Part shown: positions 8,900 to 17,711 of the stretch, in pieces
How the letters are laid out: every line of letters starts with the position of its first letter
Numbering within the stretch: the stretch's first letter is position 1
NCBI GenBank assembly: GCA_038523235.1
Contig: JBCBJQ010000108.1
Location: 1 to 19,712 of the forward strand
Direction: 5' to 3'
Source: Cyanobacteria bacterium J06626_4
Lineage (GTDB): Bacteria > Cyanobacteriota > Cyanobacteriia > Phormidesmidales > Phormidesmidaceae
DNA length: 19,712 bases
Translations under genes and position numbers: made by a program
The notes under the pieces: generated by a model
Database searches by the model: none
What the model was told of the DNA's origin: nothing
Seen by the model: the letters and a program-made list of their open reading frames with translations, nothing else

Positions 8900-9878
8900 T
8901 TAAGAATCGTGCTCCCTTGGCAGTAATTCTTGGACAGCTCTAACAATCATTTCAGGTTGATCGATCCAAACAAAATGTCCGCTCTGATCGGCTTTGATCT
9001 GAGTATGGTGGGTAGATAATTTAGCAAGTTCATCATGCATGCGATCTCTCAGTCGATTAGCCGCTTTCAATGGCATCAACAACGTAAAAAATGAGGGCAG
9101 AAAAAATGACTTTGCCTTGACCGTTATTATGGGCAGATCTCCCAGGTTGTCAGCCTGCCGCATTTGTCGTCCGCTTTTATCTAGACCTGAGATTTCTTGA
9201 GCCATCGTTATCCAGTGTTTAGGACGGCTACAAGATCGCTTGACGGCTCTACGAGTCCTGCAAGAAAACTGGCGCAACCCTGGTTTTAATACTTCGAACA
9301 TCCCGATCTTTTGCAGCAAGCGGATGATGCCTAATAGCGCTCCTAAAACAGACATGACAAAGCCTGAGGCAAAAAAGAGCTGCAGACTGCGTAGAACAAT
9401 GGGCATTTTTAGCATGCCTGTTTCGTGTAGCCCATCCACCAATATCAAGCCCACAACTTTGTGGGGATAACAATGGGCATAGAGACGAGTGTTATAGCTC
9501 CCAAAAGAATCTCCTAGCAAAATATAGGGCGGCTCGATTTTGGCAGCGACGAGTAAAGTCTCCAATTCATCGACAATGTGCTGACTGGTGCGCGAGTGTT
9601 CATTTACGGTCGCTCCAGCCATAGCCAGCGCGACCGTAAATGAACACTCGCGATAGTTTTGCCAGCTGCTCAATTAGAAAATAGCCCTCAATTCCTCCCA
9701 GACTATGATCTAAAACAATGGTGGGGCTGCCACTGCCGGCTACAACATAGTGTAGAGAATATTCCCCGATATCTACTTTTTGACCGGGCATAGGCTGACG
9801 ATCTTCTTGCCAGCAAGCGATGGCTTGATAAAGGGTCAGCCCTAGCAACACCAACCACCGCACCAAAACAAATGACAT
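8900..9878 (-). pseudogene. Alpha/beta hydrolase, +1 frameshift near 9600
   Basis: The N-terminal ORF 9600-9878 has a TM anchor, PGQKVDIG, VLDHSLGG and YGRAGYGWSD. The C-terminal frame 8900-9673 has RTSQHIVDEL, GDSFG and SGHFVWIDQPE. They are two halves of one protein. The span is 979 bp = 3n+1. Confidence 0.88.
9591..9652. repeat. Perfect 23-bp inverted repeat, 16-nt spacer
   Basis: CGCGAGTGTTCATTTACGGTCGC (9591-9613) and GCGACCGTAAATGAACACTCGCG (9630-9652). Confidence 0.97.
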
Positions 9879-9916
9879 AAAAACTCAGCCAAGCTGTTGC
9901 AAACAACTTATACAAG

Positions 9917-9955
9917 GTCAGTTGTGACATGGATGCAACCCGTGTCACAACTGAC
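9917..9955. repeat. Perfect 13-bp inverted repeat between the methyltransferase and the hydrolase
   Basis: GTCAGTTGTGACA (9917-9929) and TGTCACAACTGAC (9943-9955), with a 13-nt spacer. Confidence 0.9.
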
Positions 9956-10041
9956 GGATGACTGAGTGTATTTTATAGGCCGATTTGCCCGAAATAAACG
10001 CCAGGTGTTCTAAAAGCGCCCCCGCGTGGATATCTTGGACA

Positions 10042-10938
10042 CTAGCTGTGGTGACGTTTATGAGCCACACACATGAGCGACAGCGCTGCCTTGGGGGAGT
10101 TGGGGTTGATGCCAGACAGCCGCTGAGCAACGCGGTATTTGAGCGCTGGGCGATCGCGGTGACCTTGAAACAGAGCGGCCCCGAGGGTATGGCTGTGGGG
10201 GTAGACGTGAGTGACAAATCCCAGCGGCTCTAAAATCGAGTGATAAAACTCAATGGTGAGGCCATCGCCGGGGAGGTGGTGCGCTTCGGTGGCCAAAGCA
10301 CACTGCTGCTCTACGGCTGAGGCGTGTCCCCCGCGCTTGAGCAGTCGATAGATCGGCAAACGCAGTTCCCACAGGGCTCGAGCGATGCCGGTGAAGTGCC
10401 ATGCTGTTTTCTGTAAATCGTGGTCGCACACCAAAATGCCCCCTGGTTTTACCAGACGGGCTGCTTCTTGCAGGGCGGCGACCATGTCATCGCAATGGTG
10501 CAGCGTCGCATTGACCACTACGACATCGGCAATTGCTGAACGCAAGGGCAGATCTTGGGCGTCCGCCAAGAGGGGCTGGTATCCGAGGCGCTCAGCCATC
10601 TTCAACCCCCCTAAACTGACATCGACCCCAATCAACAGCTCCGGCTTGCCCCCGATCGCGGCAAAGATGTTACCCGGCCCGCAGCCGATATCAACCACGA
10701 CCTTGTCGTCCCAATTGCCGACGGCACTCCGCCAGCGCTCAATAAACGCATCGTTGCGATGGCAGGCTTCTAAGTAAGAATTGGCCCATTGGGCATGGCC
10801 AAAATATTCAGCATTGGCCCCAAGGGCAAGGGTTAAATTTTGGGCGGCGATTGGCGTGCAGAGCACCCCATCTGCCTGATTGACAGCAGTGGTGTGCTTT
10901 AAGTAATGCGCGATCGCCGGTTTATATTTTTGAAGCAT
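10042..10938 (-). CDS. Class I SAM-dependent methyltransferase
   Basis: VVDIGCGPG motif I, GVDVS, DAQDLPL, NATLHH and RLVKPGG. Confidence 0.93.
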   Translation of the reverse strand: MLQKYKPAIAHYLKHTTAVNQADGVLCTPIAAQNLTLALGANAEYFGHAQWANSYLEACHRNDAFIERWRSAVGNWDDKVVVDIGCGPGNIFAAIGGKPELLIGVDVSLGGLKMAERLGYQPLLADAQDLPLRSAIADVVVVNATLHHCDDMVAALQEAARLVKPGGILVCDHDLQKTAWHFTGIARALWELRLPIYRLLKRGGHASAVEQQCALATEAHHLPGDGLTIEFYHSILEPLGFVTHVYPHSHTLGAALFQGHRDRPALKYRVAQRLSGINPNSPKAALSLMCVAHKRHHS

Positions 10939-11238
10939 AGTTGGCCAGTTGGTCTAATAGTTCGATCAAATAGGAAATTCATGGCAGCTGCGACTCACGG
11001 AAAACGGGTTGAAGTCTGGTGTCAATGCCAAGGAACAGAGCGACAAATGCTGCGTCAAAATCATTAAGTCGTCATCGTTGGTATAACTGGCTGAACCTCG
11101 GCTAGAGGCTCTAGCTGGTTGAGATGTGAGGCGCGGGTTGGCCTGGCCTCAACGGCTTTGGTTGTTAATCGATGACGCGCCCTAGTCAAGAAGCAGAGTT
11201 TTGTCGTCAAGCCTTGGCCAGTTGACGTTAACTGATCA

Positions 11239-11272
11239 GGCCGACAAGCGATTGGTCTGAAGCTTGTCGGCC
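11239..11272 (-). terminator. Stem-loop immediately after the dioxygenase stop codon
   Basis: GGCCGACAAGC/GCTTGTCGGCC forms an 11-bp perfect stem with a 12-nt loop. There is no U-tract, so it may be a stabiliser or processing hairpin. Confidence 0.45.
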
Positions 11273-11275
11273 GAT

Positions 11276-12145
11276 CTAGGCATAACGGATTTGAAAAATC
11301 AGGCGGTTCTGTTGGCGAGGTGGTAGCAACTTATGAAAGCAGGCCGGATCTTGCATGAAGCCAAACCCAGCTTTGCCTTCAATGAGCATCTCGTTCTCTG
11401 GGCCGTAATAGTCGAGCAAGACCTGATCAGGGGTGCGCCCTGACCAAGGAGCAAACAACGTATGCAACGGCTTCTTGTTGTGCGATCGCGCGATCATGAC
11501 ATGGGCACCCGTTTGCACATCCATATCAGTGATGTAGAAATAAGCTGACATAAAGTTATAGCCAGCGACATCGTAGTGATAGCTCAAGGGCAAAAATCGA
11601 TTCTTTTGCTCTTGGTCATTGAGGTCTGAGACAAACGTCCAGGTGAGATGGCGAGTCACCTGGGTGGGCCAATACTGCAAATAGTCATGGGCAATACTCA
11701 ACAAAACCGGGTCTTGAGCAATGCGCTCGATGGCCGGACAGTTGCTCGGATTTTTGACCAGCCCCCGCAGCACCGAGCGCCCCGTGGGCAACTGACCATT
11801 TTTGACGTCATGCAAAAAAAACTCATCGTCGCTGCCTGGCTCGTACAGCAAGTTTTGACAGGCAAAGTCGTGGATTTCCTGGACCATCGTGGCCGGCAGT
11901 TCAAACCCGAACGTCACGCTCTTATCTCTCAGAGCATCGCCCGCAACAGTCGGTGAAATGTCGGGAAAAACCGAACTTTCTCGCGGTTGTAAGCGGGTTC
12001 TATAAAGACTGCCGTTGGTCTGCTGACGCTTCTTTTGAAAAAAGCTGTAGGTTTTGCGGATCGTATTAAAACGACCCACCGTATGGTGCAGATCGCGTCT
12101 TTTGAGACGGGCTGAAAGGCGATTCCAGGCGACACTCAAATTCAT
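11276..12145 (-). CDS. PhyH-like Fe(II)/2-oxoglutarate-dependent dioxygenase
   Basis: YHYD (HxD)...FYITD...GAHVMIARSH...GKAG.GF..DPACFHK...R pattern. ATG at 12145 is preceded by AGGAAG; GTG at 12187 is an alternative start. Confidence 0.78.
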   Translation of the reverse strand: MNLSVAWNRLSARLKRRDLHHTVGRFNTIRKTYSFFQKKRQQTNGSLYRTRLQPRESSVFPDISPTVAGDALRDKSVTFGFELPATMVQEIHDFACQNLLYEPGSDDEFFLHDVKNGQLPTGRSVLRGLVKNPSNCPAIERIAQDPVLLSIAHDYLQYWPTQVTRHLTWTFVSDLNDQEQKNRFLPLSYHYDVAGYNFMSAYFYITDMDVQTGAHVMIARSHNKKPLHTLFAPWSGRTPDQVLLDYYGPENEMLIEGKAGFGFMQDPACFHKLLPPRQQNRLIFQIRYA

Positions 12146-12581
12146 ATCAAGACTTCCTGATTGCGTATAGCTACTGACGCCAAACACTTAGCAATTCGCC
12201 AGTGTTAGGTGTTTATCCGGAAAACTCGCGAAACTCAGTATATATACGGAGCTGGTGGATTTGTTTTCAGCGACTAGAGGGGAGTAAAACTAGCGATGGG
12301 GCAGATACCCAACTTTCTGCCTGGGAATTTAAGGAGCAGCTCGATTTTAATGCTTGAGTCTTGATATCCAAAGGCGCAGTCGCGACTGCAATAATTTTGG
12401 TAGATGACATCGTAAGAATTTGCAAGCACCGCTGCTATAGACGTTTGCTGAGAAATAAATGTTCCATCTATAGATCGGGAGAGCCTGAATAACAGCGGTG
12501 TTGCCTGGAGTGAGGTAAGAATGCTTAGTGGCTTTAGGTAGTATCAACAACTACACGGGCTTGGGTGAACGGCCATTACTG

Positions 12582-12779
12582 TTAATCCACCATATGTTGA
12601 TTGAGGCAATCGATCGCCGTATCAATACCGGTGGCAGCGGTCTGAATGTGAGCGTCCTGTAGGCCTTTGTCTAAACAGTGTTCGAGATAGCCAAGTTCAA
12701 TGACTAACCGTTTGACAACTTCTCTAAGGCGGCGTTGATGAAAGGCTTGATTGACGAGAGTAGAGGGAGCAGGTTTCAT
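12582..12779 (-). CDS. Small hypothetical protein (65 aa, helical)
   Basis: ATG at 12779 with GGAG upstream. MKPAPSTLVNQAFHQRRLREVVKRLVIELGYLEHCL... reads as amphipathic helices. The longer 127-aa upstream extension runs through hairpins and is unlikely. Confidence 0.7.
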   Translation of the reverse strand: MKPAPSTLVNQAFHQRRLREVVKRLVIELGYLEHCLDKGLQDAHIQTAATGIDTAIDCLNQHMVD

Positions 12780-12825
12780 GGCAAACTCCGATGCTGGGGT
12801 GATTACACTGTATTGATAGCACCCC

Positions 12826-12874
12826 CAAAAATGTTGCAACAAGCCCCAGATATGCAACGTTGGGGCTGTTGCAA
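12826..12874 (-). terminator. Intrinsic terminator-like hairpin
   Basis: TTGCAAC(A)AGCCCCA (12834-48) and TGGGGCTGTTGCAA (12861-74). On the minus strand it is followed by CATTTTT. Confidence 0.5.
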
Positions 12875-13040
12875 AGGCTCTGTAGGTGAGCGTGAGACGG
12901 TTGGTCTCACGCTGTGGCAGTTTTGAAATACCGGCTATGGGCTGATTGCCACTGAGCACGCACAATCAGCTCGGCGAATGGCGTAATTGACAGAATGGTT
13001 TTGACTTCCGTCAGATGCGTAGGGGGCATATCGCCAGCAG

Positions 13041-13550
13041 CTAGGCCAGGAGATTGAAACAGACTAAGCAAGCCAGGCAAACAACGATGCCGGTGAGCAG
13101 TGCAATGCGACCGCGCAGGGCCATGATTTCTTTCGCTTGCTTTTCCACAATGGGCGGTAGCGTCTTGCGCACTGGGGCGACATCAATCAGTTTGGAGTCA
13201 TCCTGCTCGATCAGCAGAGAGCGATCGCCAAACTGGACTTGGGTAAATAGCCAGTTAGTGACGAGTTGCGGGCAGTTCCGTTTGAACCACCGCCAGGCAA
13301 AGAGACGGAATACGGGCTTGCTCACATGGGCCATGCGCTTGAGCGGGCCGCGCAAAATTTTGGTGCTTACTTTTTGATTGATCAGCCGCACCGAGCCAAC
13401 TTCATACAGACTGTCGAGAATCGCTTTGACAGTCGCCTGCTCACGCTCAGCCATATTTTTGACCAGCAGGTGAGTTTCTTGCATCAGCTGAAACTGCGCT
13501 TGGTCTTCTTCGCTAAGGGCGAGCTGACGTCGAGGTTGAGAGTCCTGCAT
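13041..13550 (-). CDS. Hypothetical protein with C-terminal coiled coil and TM anchor
   Basis: 169 aa, ATG start. RWFKRNCPQLVTNWL core and hydrophobic tail IALLTGIVVCLACLVCFNLLA. Confidence 0.8.
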   Translation of the reverse strand: MQDSQPRRQLALSEEDQAQFQLMQETHLLVKNMAEREQATVKAILDSLYEVGSVRLINQKVSTKILRGPLKRMAHVSKPVFRLFAWRWFKRNCPQLVTNWLFTQVQFGDRSLLIEQDDSKLIDVAPVRKTLPPIVEKQAKEIMALRGRIALLTGIVVCLACLVCFNLLA

Positions 13551-13954
13551 GGGAATGGCGGGGGTAGATCGTCACATAGGGGAGCGGATTAATTAGCTGC
13601 TAATCATTCGTCAGCCTGGAACCGGTTTACCTGCAATCTTGGCTAAATCCTACCAAACTTCTCGATTTTAAGCGTTTTTGTCGATACAGAAGGCAACTGC
13701 CGTGCTCACTGTCAAGGGGTGGCCCTCAAGAGACGGCCTTTTCTTTATACCGGGCTAAGGGGAACTGCCGTCAGCCCTTCAAGATAGAGATAGGCGCAAA
13801 AATTACCAGTCAGAGGATAGAAAGATCTGCTGGCAGCCGATCAGGATGAATACATTGATGTTGTTTGGATAAAGCGTTGGGATCTGGCGACTGTGCATCT
13901 GTAGATCCTGTTGACCTGTAGACCTAGACGGGAAGTCTACAGGCGGGGAATCTG

Positions 13955-14884
13955 ATGAACAGGAATAGACTCAAGCGCATGAATACTCGTCCTTTACGCC
14001 ATCTTGCTGTCGCTTACGCCAAATTTGCGACTGTCGGGCTATTGCTAGCGGTGGCCGTTGGCTGTGGTGCTAATCAAAGCGAACCCGAAGCGGATGTGTC
14101 AGTCGCTCCGGCCTCGACGACTGAGACCGCAACAACTGAGACCGCAAACGACGCGAGCGATGCTACCGCCACTGAGCCGGCAGCGGCCTCTAGTAATCCG
14201 CCCGCCGCACCCGCTCAGGCTGCCCCCCCGCAAGGCGAGCCGGGTTATATCGGCTACCCATTGATGGGGGAAACGGCAGCCGGGGAGCCGATCTATTACA
14301 TTTCCAGCGAACTGATTGATTGTCCTGACGCCGGGTGTGTCAGCATCAGCTTCTTACAGGTAGATGCCGCTGATGCTGACCAGACAATGGATGGCCAAGC
14401 GGTGGGCAATTGTACGACCGAAACGCTATCAGAAGTCATGCTAGACGGAGACTTGGTGGCTTACGAGATGGCGTCGCTAGATGCGGGGATGGCCGCCCTG
14501 CTCAATACGGCCTGTCAGGCAAATCGACCGGGCGAGCCGGGTGCCAGCACAGCGGCAACGGTGGCCCCAACGGTGCCGGCGGGTTTAGAAGAGGGCATGC
14601 CTTATGGAGAGGTGCGATCGCGCTTAATCGATGCCGGCTGGGTCGCCAAAACCACGCGCATGGATCACTACACCGGCCTTGAGCAAGACATGTACGACCG
14701 AGGGTATACGGAAATTCGGGGGTGTTCAGGTACTGGTCTATGCCGCTTTGAGTTTAACTCCAGCGACTCCAGCGCTTTAGCTGACAGCGAAGCCTTGATC
14801 GTCATCACATCTTTTGCCGATTCAGATTTCCTCTTTGAGGAAGATCCCGTCTTTGGGGCCGCCAATATTGGACCGACTTATTGA
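13955..14884 (+). CDS. Hypothetical lipoprotein
   Basis: Signal peptide with lipobox AVGC, an Ala/Thr/Pro linker and two Cys-containing domains. Alternative ATG at 13979. Confidence 0.8.
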   Translation: MNRNRLKRMNTRPLRHLAVAYAKFATVGLLLAVAVGCGANQSEPEADVSVAPASTTETATTETANDASDATATEPAAASSNPPAAPAQAAPPQGEPGYIGYPLMGETAAGEPIYYISSELIDCPDAGCVSISFLQVDAADADQTMDGQAVGNCTTETLSEVMLDGDLVAYEMASLDAGMAALLNTACQANRPGEPGASTAATVAPTVPAGLEEGMPYGEVRSRLIDAGWVAKTTRMDHYTGLEQDMYDRGYTEIRGCSGTGLCRFEFNSSDSSALADSEALIVITSFADSDFLFEEDPVFGAANIGPTY

Positions 14885-15036
14885 TTGAGCGTGAGCTTTT
14901 TGCCGGGTCATTATTGCTGACGCCGATCTCGTGCCAGTGAGACACCTCTGTCTCTGCTGGGAAACCGCGACTCTAGGCCATGACCCCGCTGGAGCAATCG
15001 CCACAGACACTCCTGCCAACGCTAAAGGTATCAAAC

Positions 15037-15783
15037 ATGACACTTAATGTATTCAGTTCCCTCGTGCTAGCCACCCTGCTGATCGGCTGTAGTAATGCCG
15101 CCAATACCGCTCCCTCCGCCCTGACGGCGGCTGCCGATGCGCCTACCGACTCAGCGGCTGACAGTACGGCTGCCGCGGCTGAGCCGATCGCCACAGACTC
15201 CGACTCAGTGGCACAAACTCAGTCCCCGAGCCTAGCGGCAGCCGCTCAACCTGAATCCGCTGACCTTAGCGCGAGCCAATCCCCCACCCAGCCAGTAGCC
15301 GTTGCCCAACCCAACGCACCTGCGGCTGAAACTGATGTCGAAATCGCTGACTCATCCTCAGCGCTGATCGGCTACACCAGCATCTGTGAGGAAGGCCCGT
15401 GCAGTCAGTTTTACCACACGACCCCGACCCTAATGGGTCAATCGGGCGTTGAACAGTTGTTCACAGTTGACCTGGTGTCTGAATCGAGTACTGGAGAACG
15501 GCTATCAGGGCCAGCGCCGACGCAGGTCATGTGCTCTACAGAGCGACCCATGGTGATCAAGGAAATCGATGCAGAATACGTGATTTTTCATATGGCTCCT
15601 CACCAAATCACCTCCGATGAAGATATGAACGTTACCTCACTTTATTGGAGTGTTTGTCACGACACTCAAGCCGATGCGCTTTCCCCTGATGAAATGACGC
15701 AGCAGGCGAGAACTTTAGGCTACTCGCTCGATCGCACTTTTAATGTGGTTTACACCCCCTTCTTTGAACCCTTTGAAGGCTAA
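15037..15783 (+). CDS. Hypothetical lipoprotein
   Basis: MTLNVFSSLVLATLLIGC lipobox, long Ala/Ser/Pro/Asp linker and a 4-Cys C-terminal domain. Upstream ATG at 14980 is possible. Confidence 0.8.
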   Translation: MTLNVFSSLVLATLLIGCSNAANTAPSALTAAADAPTDSAADSTAAAAEPIATDSDSVAQTQSPSLAAAAQPESADLSASQSPTQPVAVAQPNAPAAETDVEIADSSSALIGYTSICEEGPCSQFYHTTPTLMGQSGVEQLFTVDLVSESSTGERLSGPAPTQVMCSTERPMVIKEIDAEYVIFHMAPHQITSDEDMNVTSLYWSVCHDTQADALSPDEMTQQARTLGYSLDRTFNVVYTPFFEPFEG

Positions 15784-15812
15784 AAGCGTGACTGAAGAAT
15801 CGGCTCCCGGTT

Positions 15813-16406
15813 TTAGGGGGACGAGGTTGAAAGCGGGGATGGGGCGGAGAGGGTCAGCAGACTGTCGGTCAGAATTGGGTGGTCGTTGGGGCCGGTCAAC
15901 GTCAGCAAGGTTTGCCCATCGGCTGAGAGAAAGGAAATGTTGGCGATCGCCAGCTGATAGACCGGATTGGCGTAGGTGTATAGCAGGGCAGTATGACCGG
16001 CGAATTCGATCGGTTCATAGTCGGGGCTGTAATAATCAAGCCAGGGGCGTTTGGTGCGCACAAGCTCAATGAGGTCGGTTTGAAGGGTCGCACCAGGATG
16101 AATCTCTAGCGCCACATAGGGCGGCACTGCGCCATATTCGCCAGCGCGCACGAGGCACTGGATAAAGGCAAAGCTATTGGGGTCATGAAAGGTGATGTGG
16201 CCGCTACTGCGCAGCATGGAGCGATAGTTGCTGGGGATGGTGAGGGTGAGGTCAAACTCGTTAATGTCAAAGGCTTTGAGTTCGGGGCTGGCTGGGGTAG
16301 GGCGAGCGGCCTGGCAGGTACGGGCGATCGCGGCGCGGGGCGTGAGGGCGATCGCGGTGCCGAGCAATAGCCCAAGTGCGGGGAGAGTATGACCAAATTT
16401 GAGCAT
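15813..16406 (-). CDS. Hypothetical secreted protein
   Basis: Sec-type signal peptide ending AAIA. The beta-rich mature part is loosely reminiscent of PsbP-like folds (unverified). Confidence 0.75.
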   Translation of the reverse strand: MLKFGHTLPALGLLLGTAIALTPRAAIARTCQAARPTPASPELKAFDINEFDLTLTIPSNYRSMLRSSGHITFHDPNSFAFIQCLVRAGEYGAVPPYVALEIHPGATLQTDLIELVRTKRPWLDYYSPDYEPIEFAGHTALLYTYANPVYQLAIANISFLSADGQTLLTLTGPNDHPILTDSLLTLSAPSPLSTSSP

Positions 16407-16639
16407 CTCGCTGAGTCCTGTGTAGATCGCGGGGCGTAGAGCTGACTGACGTTAGCGGGCCAGCTGTCTACATCACTATTCCACAACTGTAGAGCGTCTC
16501 AGGAACCGGCTCAATGACTGTGCCGAGGTGAGATCAGGTAGGCACTAGGGCACGTCATTATAATATGGACGCTTAAAACTCTGAGGAGCGGCCTAACTGC
16601 GCCTGTTTCCACTCAAACCGCTAGGCCGACCCAGCCTGA

Positions 16640-16702
16640 AGCACCCGGTTTCTGGGAACAGGTCAATCGTCTTCAGCAAGTTTTGCATAGCAACCGGGTG
16701 CT
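16640..16702. repeat. 11-bp inverted repeat downstream of riboflavin synthase (REP-like or terminator)
   Basis: AGCACCCGGTT (16640-50) and AACCGGGTGCT (16692-702), with a 41-nt spacer. Confidence 0.65.
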
Positions 16703-16728
16703 GGGGCAGGTTATTTCTTGGCAGCCTC

Positions 16729-17394
16729 TTACTGATAGCCGTGCTGGGCTAAGAAGTCTAAGGAAACGTCAGCGGCGGGATTCGCAGAGTGGGGGGCCAG
16801 ATTGAGAAACTTTTCGGCATATTTGCCCAGCACATCACCTTCCAAATTGACAGCCTGCTGCGGCTGCAGATGTTGCAGATTCGTTTCGCTGTAGGTAACG
16901 GGGATGACGGCCACCGTAAACCAGTCGCCACTGGCGCTACAGTCTGCCACGGTGAGACTAATGCCGTTAACGGCAATGCTGCCTTTCGACACGATGTAGC
17001 GGGCTACTGCGGGGGCCGCGACGGCAAACCGTAGCTCCCATGAGGTGGCGGTGGCGATCGCGCTGGTCAAACTACCAAATCCATCCACGTGACCGGTGAC
17101 GAAGTGTCCGCCAATTTTGCTGCCCACCCGCAGCGAGCTTTCTAAATTGACGATGGCCCCATCGGGCTGCTCGCCCAGGGTCGATCGCATTAATGTTTCC
17201 GGTGAGGCGGTGGCGATGAAGCCATTGCTTAGCGCGGTTTCAACTGTGAGGCAGACGCCATCGACCGCGATGCTGTCACCCACAGCCATATCGTGCAACA
17301 GGCGATCTCCCGTGACAGTAGGACATTCGATCTTGATGTGGTTAGTATCCAGCCGCGTCAGGCTTCCTAGGGATTGGATGAGGCCCGTAAACAC
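16729..17394 (-). CDS. ribE: Riboflavin synthase (alpha chain)
   Basis: MFTGLI N-terminus, GDSIAVDGVCLTV, GGHFVTGHVDG and KGSIAVNGISLTV. GTG start. Confidence 0.97.
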   Translation of the reverse strand: MFTGLIQSLGSLTRLDTNHIKIECPTVTGDRLLHDMAVGDSIAVDGVCLTVETALSNGFIATASPETLMRSTLGEQPDGAIVNLESSLRVGSKIGGHFVTGHVDGFGSLTSAIATATSWELRFAVAAPAVARYIVSKGSIAVNGISLTVADCSASGDWFTVAVIPVTYSETNLQHLQPQQAVNLEGDVLGKYAEKFLNLAPHSANPAADVSLDFLAQHGYQ

Positions 17395-17711
17395 AATCTT
17401 TTACCCAAAATATTCCCGCGATCGCCCCCCATCCGGTGGGAGATGAGGGCATACTTAAAGACGATACCGAACTTTCTCTCTGCTAACATTTATCTTCTTT
17501 AGTGCTCGATGGCCTTTTAACGGCAAATTCACTCATATTTTCTAGAGAAGCTGTCTGCTCCCATCAGCTTTTGCCGTCACATTGTTGAGCAAAAAAATCA
17601 GTAAAGCGAGAGATTGAACAGTTGCAGTTGTCGCCGTCACCTAAAATCACAGCTAAACCGTGGAGTTCCCCCACTGCTTAACCCGTACCGTCAGATGTAG
17701 AGGCCAAGCTC

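Noticed and set aside
9703..9948. 81-aa ORF suggesting a second frameshift at the hydrolase N-terminus
   Set aside because: The ATG at 9878 already gives a plausible TM-anchored N-terminus, so a second shift cannot be supported without orthologues.
10941..11224. 11-bp direct repeat TTGGCCAGTTG (10941, 11214) as a target-site duplication
   Set aside because: No terminal inverted repeats or transposase remnant between the copies. Plausibly chance.
12347..12550. 67-aa ORF as a RiPP precursor for the tailoring trio
   Set aside because: Non-ATG start, no clear SD, and no leader/core pattern.
12995..13030. Glutamine riboswitch (GACGGAAGT on the minus strand)
   Set aside because: Lacks the CGTT...AACG P1 stem and the flanking architecture.
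17395..17711. FMN riboswitch upstream of riboflavin synthase
   Set aside because: Only a CCGGATGGG fragment is present. The remaining RFN conserved blocks are absent.
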